Shown here piece after piece: positions 25,986 to 48,704 of a stretch of 64,000 bases of DNA; position 1 is the stretch's first letter; every line of letters starts with the position of its first letter. The notes beneath the pieces were generated by a model. The model made no database searches. It was not told the origin of the DNA and saw nothing but the letters and a program-made list of their open reading frames with translations. The translations under genes were made by a program, and so were the position numbers. Location of the stretch: positions 496,001 through 560,000 of the forward strand of contig JAKMXF010000133.1 in NCBI GenBank assembly GCA_024704765.1, given 5' to 3'. This DNA comes from Oopsacas minuta. Its lineage: Eukaryota; Animalia; Porifera.

Positions 25986-27650
25986 ATGGCTGAAGAACGG
26001 AGTTTACCAGATATACGAATGACCGATGAGGGAGACAATAAGAATCCTGAACCTATAAGTACAGTAAAACCAAAAGATACTCTATTCGGAAATGAATCTG
26101 ACGTTACTCTTTTGATAAGATATCAAGCTAGTATGGTGCTAGCTGGTGTAGGAGATGCTCTTGGGTATAATCATGGTAGATTTGAATTTTGTGATTCAGG
26201 AGATTTGATAATGAAAGATATTGAAAAGAAATATAATGGCATTGCTAACTTAAAACCTAACGAGAGATCAGAATTCATGTTATCAGATGATACTATCATG
26301 CATATTGCTACTGCAGAAGGACTAGTTAAATCTTGGGAGAATGAGTTTGAACTTTTGACCATGATTGCTATTGAGTATGTCAATTGTATGAATGATATGG
26401 GAGGACGTTCTCCTGGTGGATGTTGTATGGGCGGAACAGATATGATCAGGAAATCTTTGGATAGTGATAAATCCTATGAAGAAAATCCTCCTTTTGTAAC
26501 CCCGTATAACAGAAAGAAAGGCGGGTGCGGAGCTGCCATGAGGAGTGCACCCATTGGACTACTATATTCACATGAAGAACAGATGGATCAATTGATGAAG
26601 GTAAGTGACAGTGCTTTACTTAAATCAGTCAAATATCAAAGTGTAAAAAGGTATGACCATGTGTAGGCTCGAACTCGGATTTTGCTTTCATTATATTTTA
26701 CGGATTCATTTGGGTCGAAAAAGATAACCGACCCAGGCAGGATTCGAACCTGCAGTCTCCTGATTCGTAGTCAGACGCGTTAACCGTTGCGCCACTGGGC
26801 CTTATAACTCATATTAATCAATTGGAGAATATAAAAGCAAATTCTTTTTACCTTCACTTTTTCCGAATTCTAAGGTGGCAATTGAGGCTGGTCGAATGAC
26901 ACACAATCAAACAAGTGGATTTCTAGGATCCTTAGCTACAGCTCTATTGGTACATCTTGCGATTAGAAAAGTTTCTCCTATCAGCTGGGGACGAATAATC
27001 CTCAAACAATCTCAAAGAGTATTGCAATATTGTACTGAAAATGATCAATATCATAAGGATATATCCCATATATCTGGAGATTGGGGTTATTTCCAAAAAA
27101 GTTGGGAGAAGTACCTTTCTAGGAGGAATATATTGATCAATGATGGCCCTATTGATTTTAAATTTGATTATTGGAATGGAGATAATCCTGATATACCTTC
27201 TTATAAAAACCATGACAAGTTTGTTACAGAGGTAGTTTTGTGAATATAGTAATTGCTTGACATTTGATCTTATTTATACTTTTCTAGATATCGTATGCTG
27301 GATGGGGAGGTAGCAGTGGGCATGATGCTCCAATGATTGCTTATGATGCTGTATTGTATGCATTGCAAGTTAGAGAGAGAGATGGAGTTGTAAAGGGTTG
27401 GGAGAGTGTATGTGCTTTTGGTATGTTTCATTGTGGAGATAGCGACAGTACAGGAATTATATCAGGAGCTATTTGGGGCGCGATGTTTGGTTTTGAAGCT
27501 TATAAAGCAAATCATGAAAGACTTGAGTATAGGCAACAGTTATGCAATCTAGCAGAACAGTTATATTTTAGGAGTGAGAAGTTATTAGTTGATGATCCAC
27601 TGAGACCTGTTAAACATGATGAACTTGATGTTTGTAGTGCTGAAATATAA
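25986..27650 (+). CDS. ADPRH: ADP-ribosylarginine hydrolase (ARH1); 3 exons (25986-26600, 26875-27231, 27288-27650)
   Basis: Y.ASMVLAGVGDALGY, SDDTIMHIATAEGL, GGCGAAMR, VAIEAGRMTH...GFLGSLATAL, WGGSSGHDAPMIAYDA, MFHCGDSDSTG.I.GA..GA. Confidence 0.92.
26729..26801 (-). tRNA. tRNA-Arg (anticodon ACG), inside ADPRH intron 1, antisense
   Basis: Minus strand GGCCCAGTGGCGCAACGGTTAACGCGTCTGACTACGAATCAGGAGACTGCAGGTTCGAATCCTGCCTGGGTCG: 73 nt, anticodon loop CT-ACG-AA, T-arm GGTTCGAATCC, A and B boxes, and a T5 Pol III terminator at 26722-26718. Confidence 0.95.
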
Positions 27651-27914
27651 AAATGTAATTGATACACAAGCTCCTGTTGATAATTCAGTACCAACAGATG
27701 AGTTACTTGATGAGGGTATCAGTATATAACAGCTGAGAGGTAACACGTAATTACCACGAATATTTTAGGTATACACAACCAAGATACACATACGGTACTG
27801 TTTTGTGTACATTTTCCCTGACTGCTCTGAGTTTATATTTGTATTTGTATTTATTGTTTCAGTAATTGTGCTTAAAATATAGGAAATGATTATTATCAAT
27901 GCACATAAATTATT

Positions 27915-29207
27915 TCAAAAATTTGAATTACAAGAGTTCTTCATATATTGTTTGATTTCTTTCACAAACTTCATCTCATCAATTGCTGTTTCGTAACAAC
28001 ATCTATCTTGTTTTCGTTCTTTCTTCAATTTGTTTCCAAGTATTTTCACAGCCCCAAATAATAGTGGATCTGTCTCAATCTTATCTAAACAGTATTCTGA
28101 AAATTCTTGATTTAATTGTCTTAACTCTGCTATTTCAATCTCTAACTTAGCTCCTTTCTCTCTTTTCTTTCTATCAAGTTTGAGTTTCATTCTGTCATAC
28201 AATAGATTATCAATGTATGAGAATTCTATTGATTTATTCAGTAACCTATCATCTATGTAATAATCATCTTTTAATGGCTGTGCAGCTACGTTTTGAGTGA
28301 AATATACAAAATCTTCTATTTGTAGATTCAGCTCATCTTTCAATAATATTAGAGATTCATCAAATTCCTCTGAAATAACAAAGAAATCAATCTCAGATTC
28401 CATCCAATTCAGGAATCTCTCCACTTCTGCAAGGTATATAGGTTCATTCTCAATTTCAGATCTCGTTATACCTCTTGGTATATCAAAATCACTCAATCCG
28501 AGATCAAAAGACATAGAATTCCATAACAGCTGCAATGGATTAATCATGATTTGACGTAATCTCGGTACATATCTTTGTGGTCTATCTAAAAAATCTTCAA
28601 ATGTTGCACCAACCCTTCTAAGCGTCTTAGCATATCCATAATAATTAAATCCTGACTGCATCTGTTCTAACGGGCGTCTTAATGTAGCCACAATAAATGT
28701 ATCTTCTCTCATGAATCTAGATAGAATATTTCTTCCATTATACCTGGAGTGTATATTGAGTATATCATATTTTCCATTTTGACAAGGTGGATAAAAGGAT
28801 TTGAAAGACTTATCAATTGTTCTTGGATAGAATTGGTGTAAATTTGGATCTTTAACCATTACAAAGCTTAATCCTCTACGGATTCCGAACCGATATAATA
28901 TACTTGAGAGTGTTGTGCTTCCTGTTTTATGGACTTTTAACAGAGCTATTGAAGTTTGTTCATCCTCATTTACCTCTGAGATTCTACACCTCATCATATT
29001 ACTTGTTGGATATGCAAATGTTGAGGTATTTTCTCCAGTTGCTACTACACCACTTGTAATGGTGTTAGGATAGAAATTGTTTTGAGTTGCCTCATAGCAC
29101 TGTAATAGTCTCGCATGATAGTAACCTAGTATTATTATCACTGTAATAAATAGAAGTGTTGTTACTACCCACTTTATCCTTGATCTCATTAACATCACAT
29201 TTTTCAT
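27915..29207 (-). CDS. Galactose-3-O-sulfotransferase family, type II membrane protein; intronless
   Basis: N-terminal TM, LLKVHKTGSTTLSSILYRFG PAPS-binding motif, HSRY, TLRRP.EQM.SGFNYY, NSMSFDLG, ISEEFDESLILLK. First ATG at 29207; the ORF-track start is TTG. Confidence 0.88.
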   Translation of the reverse strand: MKNVMLMRSRIKWVVTTLLFITVIIILGYYHARLLQCYEATQNNFYPNTITSGVVATGENTSTFAYPTSNMMRCRISEVNEDEQTSIALLKVHKTGSTTLSSILYRFGIRRGLSFVMVKDPNLHQFYPRTIDKSFKSFYPPCQNGKYDILNIHSRYNGRNILSRFMREDTFIVATLRRPLEQMQSGFNYYGYAKTLRRVGATFEDFLDRPQRYVPRLRQIMINPLQLLWNSMSFDLGLSDFDIPRGITRSEIENEPIYLAEVERFLNWMESEIDFFVISEEFDESLILLKDELNLQIEDFVYFTQNVAAQPLKDDYYIDDRLLNKSIEFSYIDNLLYDRMKLKLDRKKREKGAKLEIEIAELRQLNQEFSEYCLDKIETDPLLFGAVKILGNKLKKERKQDRCCYETAIDEMKFVKEIKQYMKNSCNSNF

Positions 29208-29612
29208 AAGACATAAACTCAAAATTTTAATATATACCTATCAAATGGAATCTCTCCAGGTATACAACCAACCGCTATACTCCTTTGTTCTTCATTAAAT
29301 AGAATTTATACAAGATCCATTTTTGTGATTTCCAATCCTGAATACTATAGTATTAGAAAAGTTGTTTCATCCAAATATATTGAGAGATAATGCACAATTG
29401 TATTTTATTACCTATGGCCAATGCTAGGACTACAATACAAAGGAACCTGCATAACCCAACACTCGTTGGGATGTGAAAATTGTGTCGGATTAGCAAACTG
29501 TCAGATTATACAAGTGTGGGGTTATCAGCTGGTTTCACTGTACTGCATGGGTAATAATTTCATTAACTAAGGATTTATTAAATTAGACATATTTCCTAAT
29601 ACAAATGTTAGA

Positions 29613-32600
29613 ATGAACCCATCAATAACTGTTAGTCGCCCTCAACTAACTACCCCAGCTGGCAAGGAGGAGAAGCTTAGTTCTAGCAGACATAACCTAT
29701 TGAAAATACAGAATGTCCCTAGCACTCTGAAAGCTAATCGTTCTTACATGACAAGTTCTCTTGTGAAGCAGACTAGTATTATTAACACTGGACCTAAGAA
29801 AAGTGTATTAGCTCGTGCTGGGAGCAGGATGTTTGCTCCTCCTCAGGTTAATACAAACAAATATTAGAATTTGGAAGAAATTTCCGAATTCTACTCTTAT
29901 TATTTTTATTCATTATATCAACAGATTAAAGACAGTGCTGGTACTGAGTTAACTCCTCAGAACTTACAGCTGAATTCAGAGCCTTATATTGAGTGAGTTA
30001 TTGGCCATGTTGGGGAAACACTTTGAACTTTGAATTTCTATTATGTAACAACTTATTTAGTAAGAGACCAAGTAATCAGCCTGATTCTCTACAAATGGTA
30101 CGTATTGAATTACTAAATTTCTAATACTTTTATGGATAATATTCATAGCTAGGTGAAGCTCTCTACTTACAGTCCATATATAATCCTCCACAGGGAGTGA
30201 CAAGTAAACTAGCATACAAGTAAGTTCTTTGTGTAATAATATTATTTTACATTCTAGCTAATCTATATCCCGATATCTGCAATTGGAGATACATAGAGTA
30301 CATGTACGTAGGCAGGCTTATTAACCTAAGAGGAGTAGGAGCATTGATATCATCTTACACCTCTCATAACCTTATGACATATCATTGGTTAGTCCTCAAG
30401 GGAAAAGATCAAATTTCATATATCATTTAAGCTTATTTAAATCATTAGTTGCAATAATGTCCTGGAAATTGGGAATATGAATTTGTATATTCTACAAAAT
30501 TTATTCTTATTATTTGTGTTAAATTCTGTTTGCAATGGCTTAGAGGTTTGTGTGGATAATTCGGATATTCACTGTTTGCATTATGAAGGTTTTACCTCAT
30601 GCACTATCAGAGGTACTAACACTACTGCTGTTTCAATGGGTATATTCACGTGTAGTGGTCAGTCTTTAATTAATATTGACTTCTCGGAAGTGATGAATAT
30701 TGAGGTTGATTTAAAGATTAAATCTTCGAAAACGGTTGCATTTATCTCAAGTGGTGTGTCGACTGTTATATTATTACGTGCTACGGCTATGAGTAATTCT
30801 GTTACTTCGATTCAACAAACTCAGGTTATTTTTGATTTCACTGTTGCCACGAATTTTACTCAATCCTTCCCCAATTTAGACTCAGTTAATTTTCAAAATC
30901 CGATTTACTCACAAATTCCCACTTTTGTTCATAATGACAAACTGACTTCCATTGTCGTTAAGCGTGCTACCTTTCCTGTCGATGGAGATTTTGCGGTTTC
31001 TAGCGAATTTATCGGGGGTCTAACTCTACTTCGAATATTCGAATGGACAGACAGTTCAATTACATCCATAATCCCGGCTGCATTCTCACACTTGAATCAA
31101 CTGAGTAGTCTAAAACTTTCAGATAACAAAATCACTCATTTAAGAAAATTCAGTTTTCAAGGATCACATCTACCCGTTCTGCTCTACCTGTGGTTAAGTG
31201 GAAATGACATTTCTATAGTTGACGATCTGGCATTCGATAACCTTGCATTAAATCAACTTTATCTAGACAGCAATCCGCATTTTCCATTAGAATCTCTTGT
31301 TAACATATCAAGTCTACAATCTCTCAGTCTTGCTAATAATGGATACGATTATTTTTCTCCAGATTTAATTTACAACTTAGACTTCCATTCCTTCAACCTC
31401 GCAAACAATCCATTCAACTGCAGCTGTGCCCTTCAATGGGCTAATATCGCACAAATATTTATTACATTTAACGATGCGCTATGCACACTTCCATCTCAAT
31501 TTAACGGTCTGCCTATAACAGATCCTGCTCCCTATGCAAACTGTACTCAGTCATTATCCTATCAATGTTTCAACCACTCAATATTATGCATGGGTAGCTC
31601 ACAATGCATTAATACTCCCACTAGTGCATATTGTTCTTGTGTCCACGTAGGAGATAATTATGGATATTCTCAGCTTGCAAAGGATTGTATTGTCCTGTTA
31701 GATGAATGTGCAGAGTTACATGATTGCGATCAGATCTGTACTGACACGATTGATTCATACGAGTGTGATTGTAACCAAGGATTCGATCTTTATGAACAAA
31801 CTGAATGCATTGATGTAAATGAGTGTTTGAGTAGCAACGGGTTTTGTCAACAGGAATGCATCAATAATGTTGGTAGTTATGAATGTGGATGTTTTCCAGG
31901 CTATGAATTAGATACGAACATTACCTGTATTGATGTTAACGAGTGCATTATTAACAACGGAACCTGTGAACAAATCTGTACTAATATGATAGGCAGTTAT
32001 CAATGCGGTTGTTATGATGGTTACGAATGGAATGTGAATAATACTTGTGTGGATATTGATGAGTGTGAGACAGCTGTGTGTGAATCAAAATGCTTTAACT
32101 CAATCGGTACTTATAAATGTGGATGTTTTCCAGGCTATGAATTAGATACGAACATTACCTGTATTGATGTTAACGAGTGCATTATTAACAACGGAACCTG
32201 TGAACAAATCTGTACTAATATGATAGGCAGTTATCAATGCGGTTGTTATGATGGTTACGAATGGAATGTGAATAATACCTGTGTGGATATTGATGAGTGT
32301 GAGACAGCTGTGTGTGAATCAAAATGCTTTAACTCAATCGGTACTTATAAATGTGGATGTTTTCCAGGCTATGAATTAGATACGAACATTACCTGTATTG
32401 ATGTTAACGAGTGCATTATTAACAACGGAACCTGTGAACAAATCTGTACTAATATGATAGGCAGTTATCAATGCGGTTGTTATGATGGTTACGAATGGAA
32501 TGTGAATAATACCTGTGTGGATATTGATGAGTGTGAGACAGCTGTGTGTGAATCAAAATGCTTTAACTCAATCGGTACTTATGCATGTGGATGTTCTCCA

Positions 32601-35600
32601 GGGTATAACGAAATAATAGATGAAGGTGGTGGAACTAGGTGTCAGGACATTAATGAGTGTAAAACATCAAATGGTGGTTGTTCTCAGTATTGTTTCGATA
32701 CAAAAGGTAGCTATTATTGTGCTTGTTATATTGGTTTTGAAATGAACACTGAAATCAACCAATGTATTGATATTGATGAATGCATTATTGGCAGTCCCTG
32801 TGATCAGATTTGTATTAATAACATAGGAGGATACTCGTGTGCATGTAATAATAATAGTTATGTAAAGGTAGCCAATGGCGGATCTGTACTATGTACTCTA
32901 TCTCATGGTATGATGCATACTGCCTCTCTATTTCTCATGTTTATTATGTTTATTGTATCTCTATTTATTGCTGTTTTGTGATTTCATACATCGTATTCGG
33001 AATATGAATTTAGTATTTGGTACGATATAATTGAGCTTATATATTATCATGATCTGTAAATATTATTACATTTAATGAGCTAACTTGAATTATAGCCAAC
33101 TCCCTTTATATCGAAGTTCAAGCCACCGGTTAATCGGGCCAACCTTGCTAATCGGTGATTTGGCCAGGAACAGAACCATACAAGTAGCGTAAAATTTATC
33201 CGCTTCATCGGGTCAATGGCCTAGCCCCGATGTGACCCTATTAAGCAGAGTCTACTGTATGTTACTTTGAAGTTTTTAAGGACTTCGATATTTCCAAATT
33301 AATCTTACTATGCTGAATTGTAAATTCCCCTAAAATTCCTTCAGTTTACCATATGAAAATATTCTAAAAATGTGATAACTATTAATTAATAATTATTATT
33401 CTTAGAAGGTCAGTATATGCTGCAACCTCAAGTATGACAGAGGGAGGCACCGCAGCCTTCCAGGACTCTTACTACGGAGATGATTTAGTTGGAAGAATCC
33501 AACCGACATTACTAGGAGCTGCAACATGTTAGTATTAACTAAACACAAATATTTTATCTTTATATGATGCCTTGTGATTCTTGTAATTTATCTTATACAA
33601 GTACATTCCTTAAATAATAATACCCACTACACAATTGAATTGACTGTTCTGTACAAGTTGTAGCATATAAATGTGACTCTATTCAATAGCAGTCCAATTG
33701 ATACAAGATGAAGTGGAAGAAGAATTGACGAAAGACGATTTAGAAAAAATGGTGAGAATTTATTTATTTTAATCATAGATTGTATTAAATTTGCAAATTA
33801 CAGTGAAACAAGGATTTACCGAATGCTTCGTCAAATCTGCATATGTTGATGGGGATATGCTATATTTGACGGGAGTCCATCGTATTTATATATTATGATT
33901 CTAGGTTGAAATCTCATTGGAAGAGACAGAATCAATCTGGCTATTTGACATAGAACCTACTGTATTCTCTACAGAATCTGAAGAGGCTGCGAGTATACAG
34001 GAAGCAAATGAGAAATATATAGAGGTACATTTACGGTATAAGAATTTACAAATATGCTCATAAATAATTGAGTTTATTATTTCCCATGATAGCTTAAAAA
34101 GTTAAAAGAAGGGAATGATAGATATTTCGCTCGAGGTATGCAAACATTCAACTTCGACCAGAAAGATAAATCTTTCCAAACATCACATATTAGCACTCAG
34201 GTACACTAATTAGATTCCAGTAGATTTTTACAATAATGCTATAATTCTACTCTGTTATGTAGTCAATTGGAGTAATGGCAACTACTTGGGATAATTATGA
34301 TCAATTTGAGAGAGTACGACTGCTAGAAGAAGGTAGTATATACCTTTAAGTTATGTATTTAATACTAATATTCTCAACAATTAATATTCTCAGAGGAAGC
34401 TGAATTAGCAAGCAGTGTAATCCCCAGTATAACTGTAAGTGCTACAGCTAGTAAAGCAGTTAGCCGTGCAACTAGTAAGCAAGCTAACAGGCCTAGTCTA
34501 CACTCCAGTAGAGCTCCTTCTGTTATGGACAAGACTCAAACTGTTCCTATTGTAGGGAGTATGTCACAACTCTGTGAGTTATAGTTTAAAATACTTCTAT
34601 AAATTCAATTTAATTCACGTATTTAGCTTCCACCTTGCTTGAGAGTAGTGCATTGCTACAGAGCACTATAGCTGTTGGGAATAAGAATACTCGTACTGAT
34701 CTTAAAAACAAGAATCCTGATTCTACAGAAGCTGATACACAAGCAATGGAAATACTAAATGTAATTATTTGGCAATTCTAATACAAATAATTGTAAGATG
34801 TAACCCTCCTTAATTAAGACAATTCTTTGTAGTCAGATTCTCTGAAGAATTCCTTGTCTGTGATGGAGAAAGCAATAATGATGAATACTTATCAACCTAT
34901 GCAAGCTATCTTCAGAGATCTTGTAGAGTTACCTGGTACTATCATATAATACTTCCTATTACTGGACGTACATTTTATTTCCTAATTTAGCAAAGAATAC
35001 TGAAGTTACTGAGACTGCTACAGAATTGGATCAGAATATGATGGATACAATGGGACTATCTCGTCCCCGTACTAAAGACAGACACAGAGCTGAGGATATA
35101 TCTCCCAAACTGAAACTGTTATGGACTTTTAAATGTGACTATTTGACAGGCTATATGCCTCTATGTATTGAATTTAATAAAGAAAATACTGTTAGTATTA
35201 TCTTATTTCTGTATTGAATATTCTTTTATTTATTGTCATTACTAGGATATTATTGCTGTTGGATATATTAGTTCAAAACCTGATCAAGATAACCAACATA
35301 CAGGAATGGTTTGTTGCTGGAGCCTAAAGAACCCAGAGGTAGTGAACGTGAAGGAAATATTTATTTAGTGAAATAGAATGTTATTATTATATATGATTTA
35401 GTTTCCAGACAGGACTTATAAGTCTAGTGCGGGTGTATGCTCTCTCAGCTTCTCTTCTGTACATCCAAGTATTCTAGCGGTTAGTGTCACCTAGTTACAA
35501 TAATTATTAACATGTTAAGTTATATTTCTCATAGGCTGGTCTCACTAACGGTCTTATCTCTATCTACAATATAAGGAAGACAGATCCTCTCCCTGCTATT

Positions 35601-37022
35601 GACTCTAGGTATAAATTTATGCTAGAAATCCTAATACGTATTAAGTTTCTATAAATTTATCTTTCATGGTTTTAAAATTATTTCAATAGTACTTGTGCTG
35701 CTAAACATACTGCAGCAGTTTGGCAGGTTGAGTGGGTAGAAAGAGAGACAGTCTCTGGTGAGGAGAAATCAGAGTTTCTGGTATCTTCATCAGCTGATGG
35801 ACGTATTTCCCAATGGACTATTAGAAAGGGATTTGAATGCACTGGTAACCCTCTATTACATTTACTAAATTAATAATTTCATTTTACGTGTACTGTTAGA
35901 ACTAATGTCTCTAAAGAGAGCTATCAGTAAACAAGGAGACAAAAAGTCTACAGCTACAGGTAGGACCAAGCAGTCTAGTGCTCGAATTTCTAGATTTACA
36001 CCAGGACTCTCGTTTGCTTTCTCTAAAGAAACCTCTAATATGTGAGCGCATATTTATTAATGTTCTATCTATTACTTGTATTTCCTTTAGTTATTTGGCT
36101 GGTACAGAAGATGGTTTAATTCATCGCTGTTCTTGTTCGTATACAGAGCAATACCTCAAGTCATTTGATGGACATACTGTATGCTATTATCATATCATTA
36201 TCCTTTACGCAATTTTATTCCTATCTTGTTACAGGGTCCTATATCTCGTATCAGATGGTATCCTAATCATCCTGAGTACTTCCTGACATGTAGTTCTGAT
36301 TGGTCACTCAGAATATGGAATACTTCATCTCCAGTCTCCCTCTTCACATTCACTCATCTACAAGTACGTTATACGTCTACCTATTGCTATATCATTCTAT
36401 TTGTATCTACTGGCTAATATAGGAAGACATATTTGATGTTCACTGGTCACCAGTGAGACCTACACTATTTGCTTCAATCACAGAATCTTCTCTTGAACTA
36501 TGGGATCTGTCTATCTCTGTGTGAGTTATAATCTCCATATATGTATATATAGCTCTGTCTTGTTTAGATCAGTTATTATAATCTATACATCTAGTTTAGA
36601 TCCCATACACAGTTCAAGCCCCGTTGATGGCATTACATGCTTTAATTTCACTCTCAACTCAGAGGTAATTGAAATAAATCTTTTCTGAGAGGTTATGTCC
36701 TATAACATTAAAATTACATCTCTTATTCTCAGTGTATATTACTTGGTGATTCAAAAGGAGATCTACACATGTTCAAGATGCAACAGATGCCTCCAGTTCA
36801 AACCGTGAATACATTACATATACTATTACATAATGCTTGCATTTGCAAAATGACAATGTTGACAACATATCATCTTAACTACATGTATTATATTATTCAT
36901 GTTTGCCACAATAATGTTACTAATTCCTTGATTATTTTTCATCAATATTCACATATCTATCTATTTAGGTTGAAACAATGTTGAAGACATTAACTGGGAC
37001 AGATTTAGAAGATACGTTCTAA
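29613..37022 (+). CDS. DNAI4: Axonemal dynein intermediate chain DNAI4/WDR78 (WD40), many short exons; intron 4 (30220-33405) hosts another gene
   Basis: Exons join in frame: IKDSAGTELTPQ, AYK/RSV, LTKDDLEKM|VEISLEETE, GNDRY..RGMQTFN, MATTWDNYD, LLWTFKC, GMVCCWSLKNPE|FPDR, KHT..VWQVEW, SSADGRISQW.IRKG, YLAGTEDGLIHRCSCSY.EQYL, LGDSKG. All match recalled WDR78 motifs in order. Confidence 0.88.
30477..32981 (+). CDS. Intronless LRR + LRR-CT + about 11 (cb)EGF cell-surface protein, signal peptide, C-terminal hydrophobic (GPI or TM) tail; nested in DNAI4 intron 4
   Basis: 834-aa ORF with LxxLxLxxN repeats, NPFNCSCALQW cap, repeated D(I/V)(D/N)EC...C.N..G.Y.C.C..GY modules, and the terminal hydrophobic stretch SLFLMFIMFIVSLFIAVL*. 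Confidence 0.88.
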   Translation: MNLYILQNLFLLFVLNSVCNGLEVCVDNSDIHCLHYEGFTSCTIRGTNTTAVSMGIFTCSGQSLINIDFSEVMNIEVDLKIKSSKTVAFISSGVSTVILLRATAMSNSVTSIQQTQVIFDFTVATNFTQSFPNLDSVNFQNPIYSQIPTFVHNDKLTSIVVKRATFPVDGDFAVSSEFIGGLTLLRIFEWTDSSITSIIPAAFSHLNQLSSLKLSDNKITHLRKFSFQGSHLPVLLYLWLSGNDISIVDDLAFDNLALNQLYLDSNPHFPLESLVNISSLQSLSLANNGYDYFSPDLIYNLDFHSFNLANNPFNCSCALQWANIAQIFITFNDALCTLPSQFNGLPITDPAPYANCTQSLSYQCFNHSILCMGSSQCINTPTSAYCSCVHVGDNYGYSQLAKDCIVLLDECAELHDCDQICTDTIDSYECDCNQGFDLYEQTECIDVNECLSSNGFCQQECINNVGSYECGCFPGYELDTNITCIDVNECIINNGTCEQICTNMIGSYQCGCYDGYEWNVNNTCVDIDECETAVCESKCFNSIGTYKCGCFPGYELDTNITCIDVNECIINNGTCEQICTNMIGSYQCGCYDGYEWNVNNTCVDIDECETAVCESKCFNSIGTYKCGCFPGYELDTNITCIDVNECIINNGTCEQICTNMIGSYQCGCYDGYEWNVNNTCVDIDECETAVCESKCFNSIGTYACGCSPGYNEIIDEGGGTRCQDINECKTSNGGCSQYCFDTKGSYYCACYIGFEMNTEINQCIDIDECIIGSPCDQICINNIGGYSCACNNNSYVKVANGGSVLCTLSHGMMHTASLFLMFIMFIVSLFIAVL
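31884..32585 (+). repeat. Three near-identical 234-bp coding tandem repeats (78 aa, two cbEGF each)
   Basis: Unit starts tgtggatgttttccaggc at 31884, 32118 and 32352; a fourth partial start is at 32586. Differences seen: one synonymous ACT/ACC and the final AAA/GCA codon. Confidence 0.95.
33095..33258. mobile_element. MITE fragments (family A left end followed by the right end of another element) in DNAI4 intron 4
   Basis: ccaactccctttatatcgaagttcaag resembles the family A left end. ttaagcagagtctactg|ta is a CAGT-type terminus followed by TA. Confidence 0.45.
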
Positions 37023-37206
37023 TCAACCCGTTCACTTATCCAGCTATACCTACGGAACTACTGTAATATCACTTATGTTATTCCGTTATTTAATCAAATG
37101 AAAGAGTTTCTATGTCGTTGTAGTTCATTTTTAGTTTGAAATTTATAATCTTATCATTTTGCGCTACCATTTAAACATTTTTAACCTCATCTCCACAGCT
37201 TATATA

Positions 37207-37355
37207 CAGTAAAAAGTCGGGTACAACGAAACTTACGTAATAACGAAGTGATTCTTTTCACCTAAAGTTTGAAAGTAATTGATTTTACTTCGCTTACTGC
37301 TTACAACGAAAATGACACAGGGTCCCGAGCACTTGGTTATAACGAGAACTTACTG
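37207..37355. mobile_element. MITE family B (TA-flanked), between DNAI4 and the Syk-like gene
   Basis: TA|CAGTAA...TTACTG|TA termini with internal acaacgaa/ataacga repeats. Confidence 0.6.
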
Positions 37356-37395
37356 TAGTATGTTTATGTAATTATTATATGAGTTAGCACGGAAT

Positions 37396-48172
<10,777 letters not shown>

Positions 48173-48704
48173 TTTTTCGATTTTTAAGGATTTTCACGCA
48201 TTCATTTGTTAATATATTCATGTATTTTAACACTACATACATACTTACATACGTATACAACAGATGTGTGTGTATACTGTTTTGCATTTCTTTATATTTT
48301 CTGTATATTTATATGCTATAATTATCTCAAATACTCGTAATTACTCTAACTAAACCGTTTATCGATCTATACGATGTGATAATCTATGTTGACAATCTTT
48401 CCCTACTCAGCAGGTCTCATATCCTTGGTTTTCCATGATTTCTATCAAAAAGAATTGTTACTCTAAGTTATCCCCTATACCAATTTTGAGTTTTTAACAC
48501 ATTCTGTGGAGCCCTCCCATAGGCTGCAATACAAATTTTTAGACCCCTTGATGTCGCACCTGGGCTACCATGGGTCCATGAACTCAAGGCTCTAAGGTTT
48601 CTTATACGTTGTTCATTTTATTCTACACTCTCAAATATTTCATTGCAATTATTTGTATGATTAAAGTTTTTTTGGTTTATACTTTTATAAAAGTGTGGAA
48701 CTGA

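Noticed and set aside
26666-26676. B-box-like GAGTTCGAGCC (minus strand) downstream of the tRNA
   Set aside because: No cloverleaf or A box could be built around it.
21511-27650. Apparent ADP-ribosylation cluster: ARF fusion, ADPRH and an Arg tRNA
   Set aside because: ARF is named for a cholera-toxin cofactor activity and has no pathway link to ARH1. A GRK lies between them. The Arg tRNA and Arg hydrolase pairing is most simply coincidence.
33803-33875. Possible extra DNAI4 exon after attacag
   Set aside because: It would begin with TGA in the required phase, and the flanking exons already join in frame with family-like sequence.
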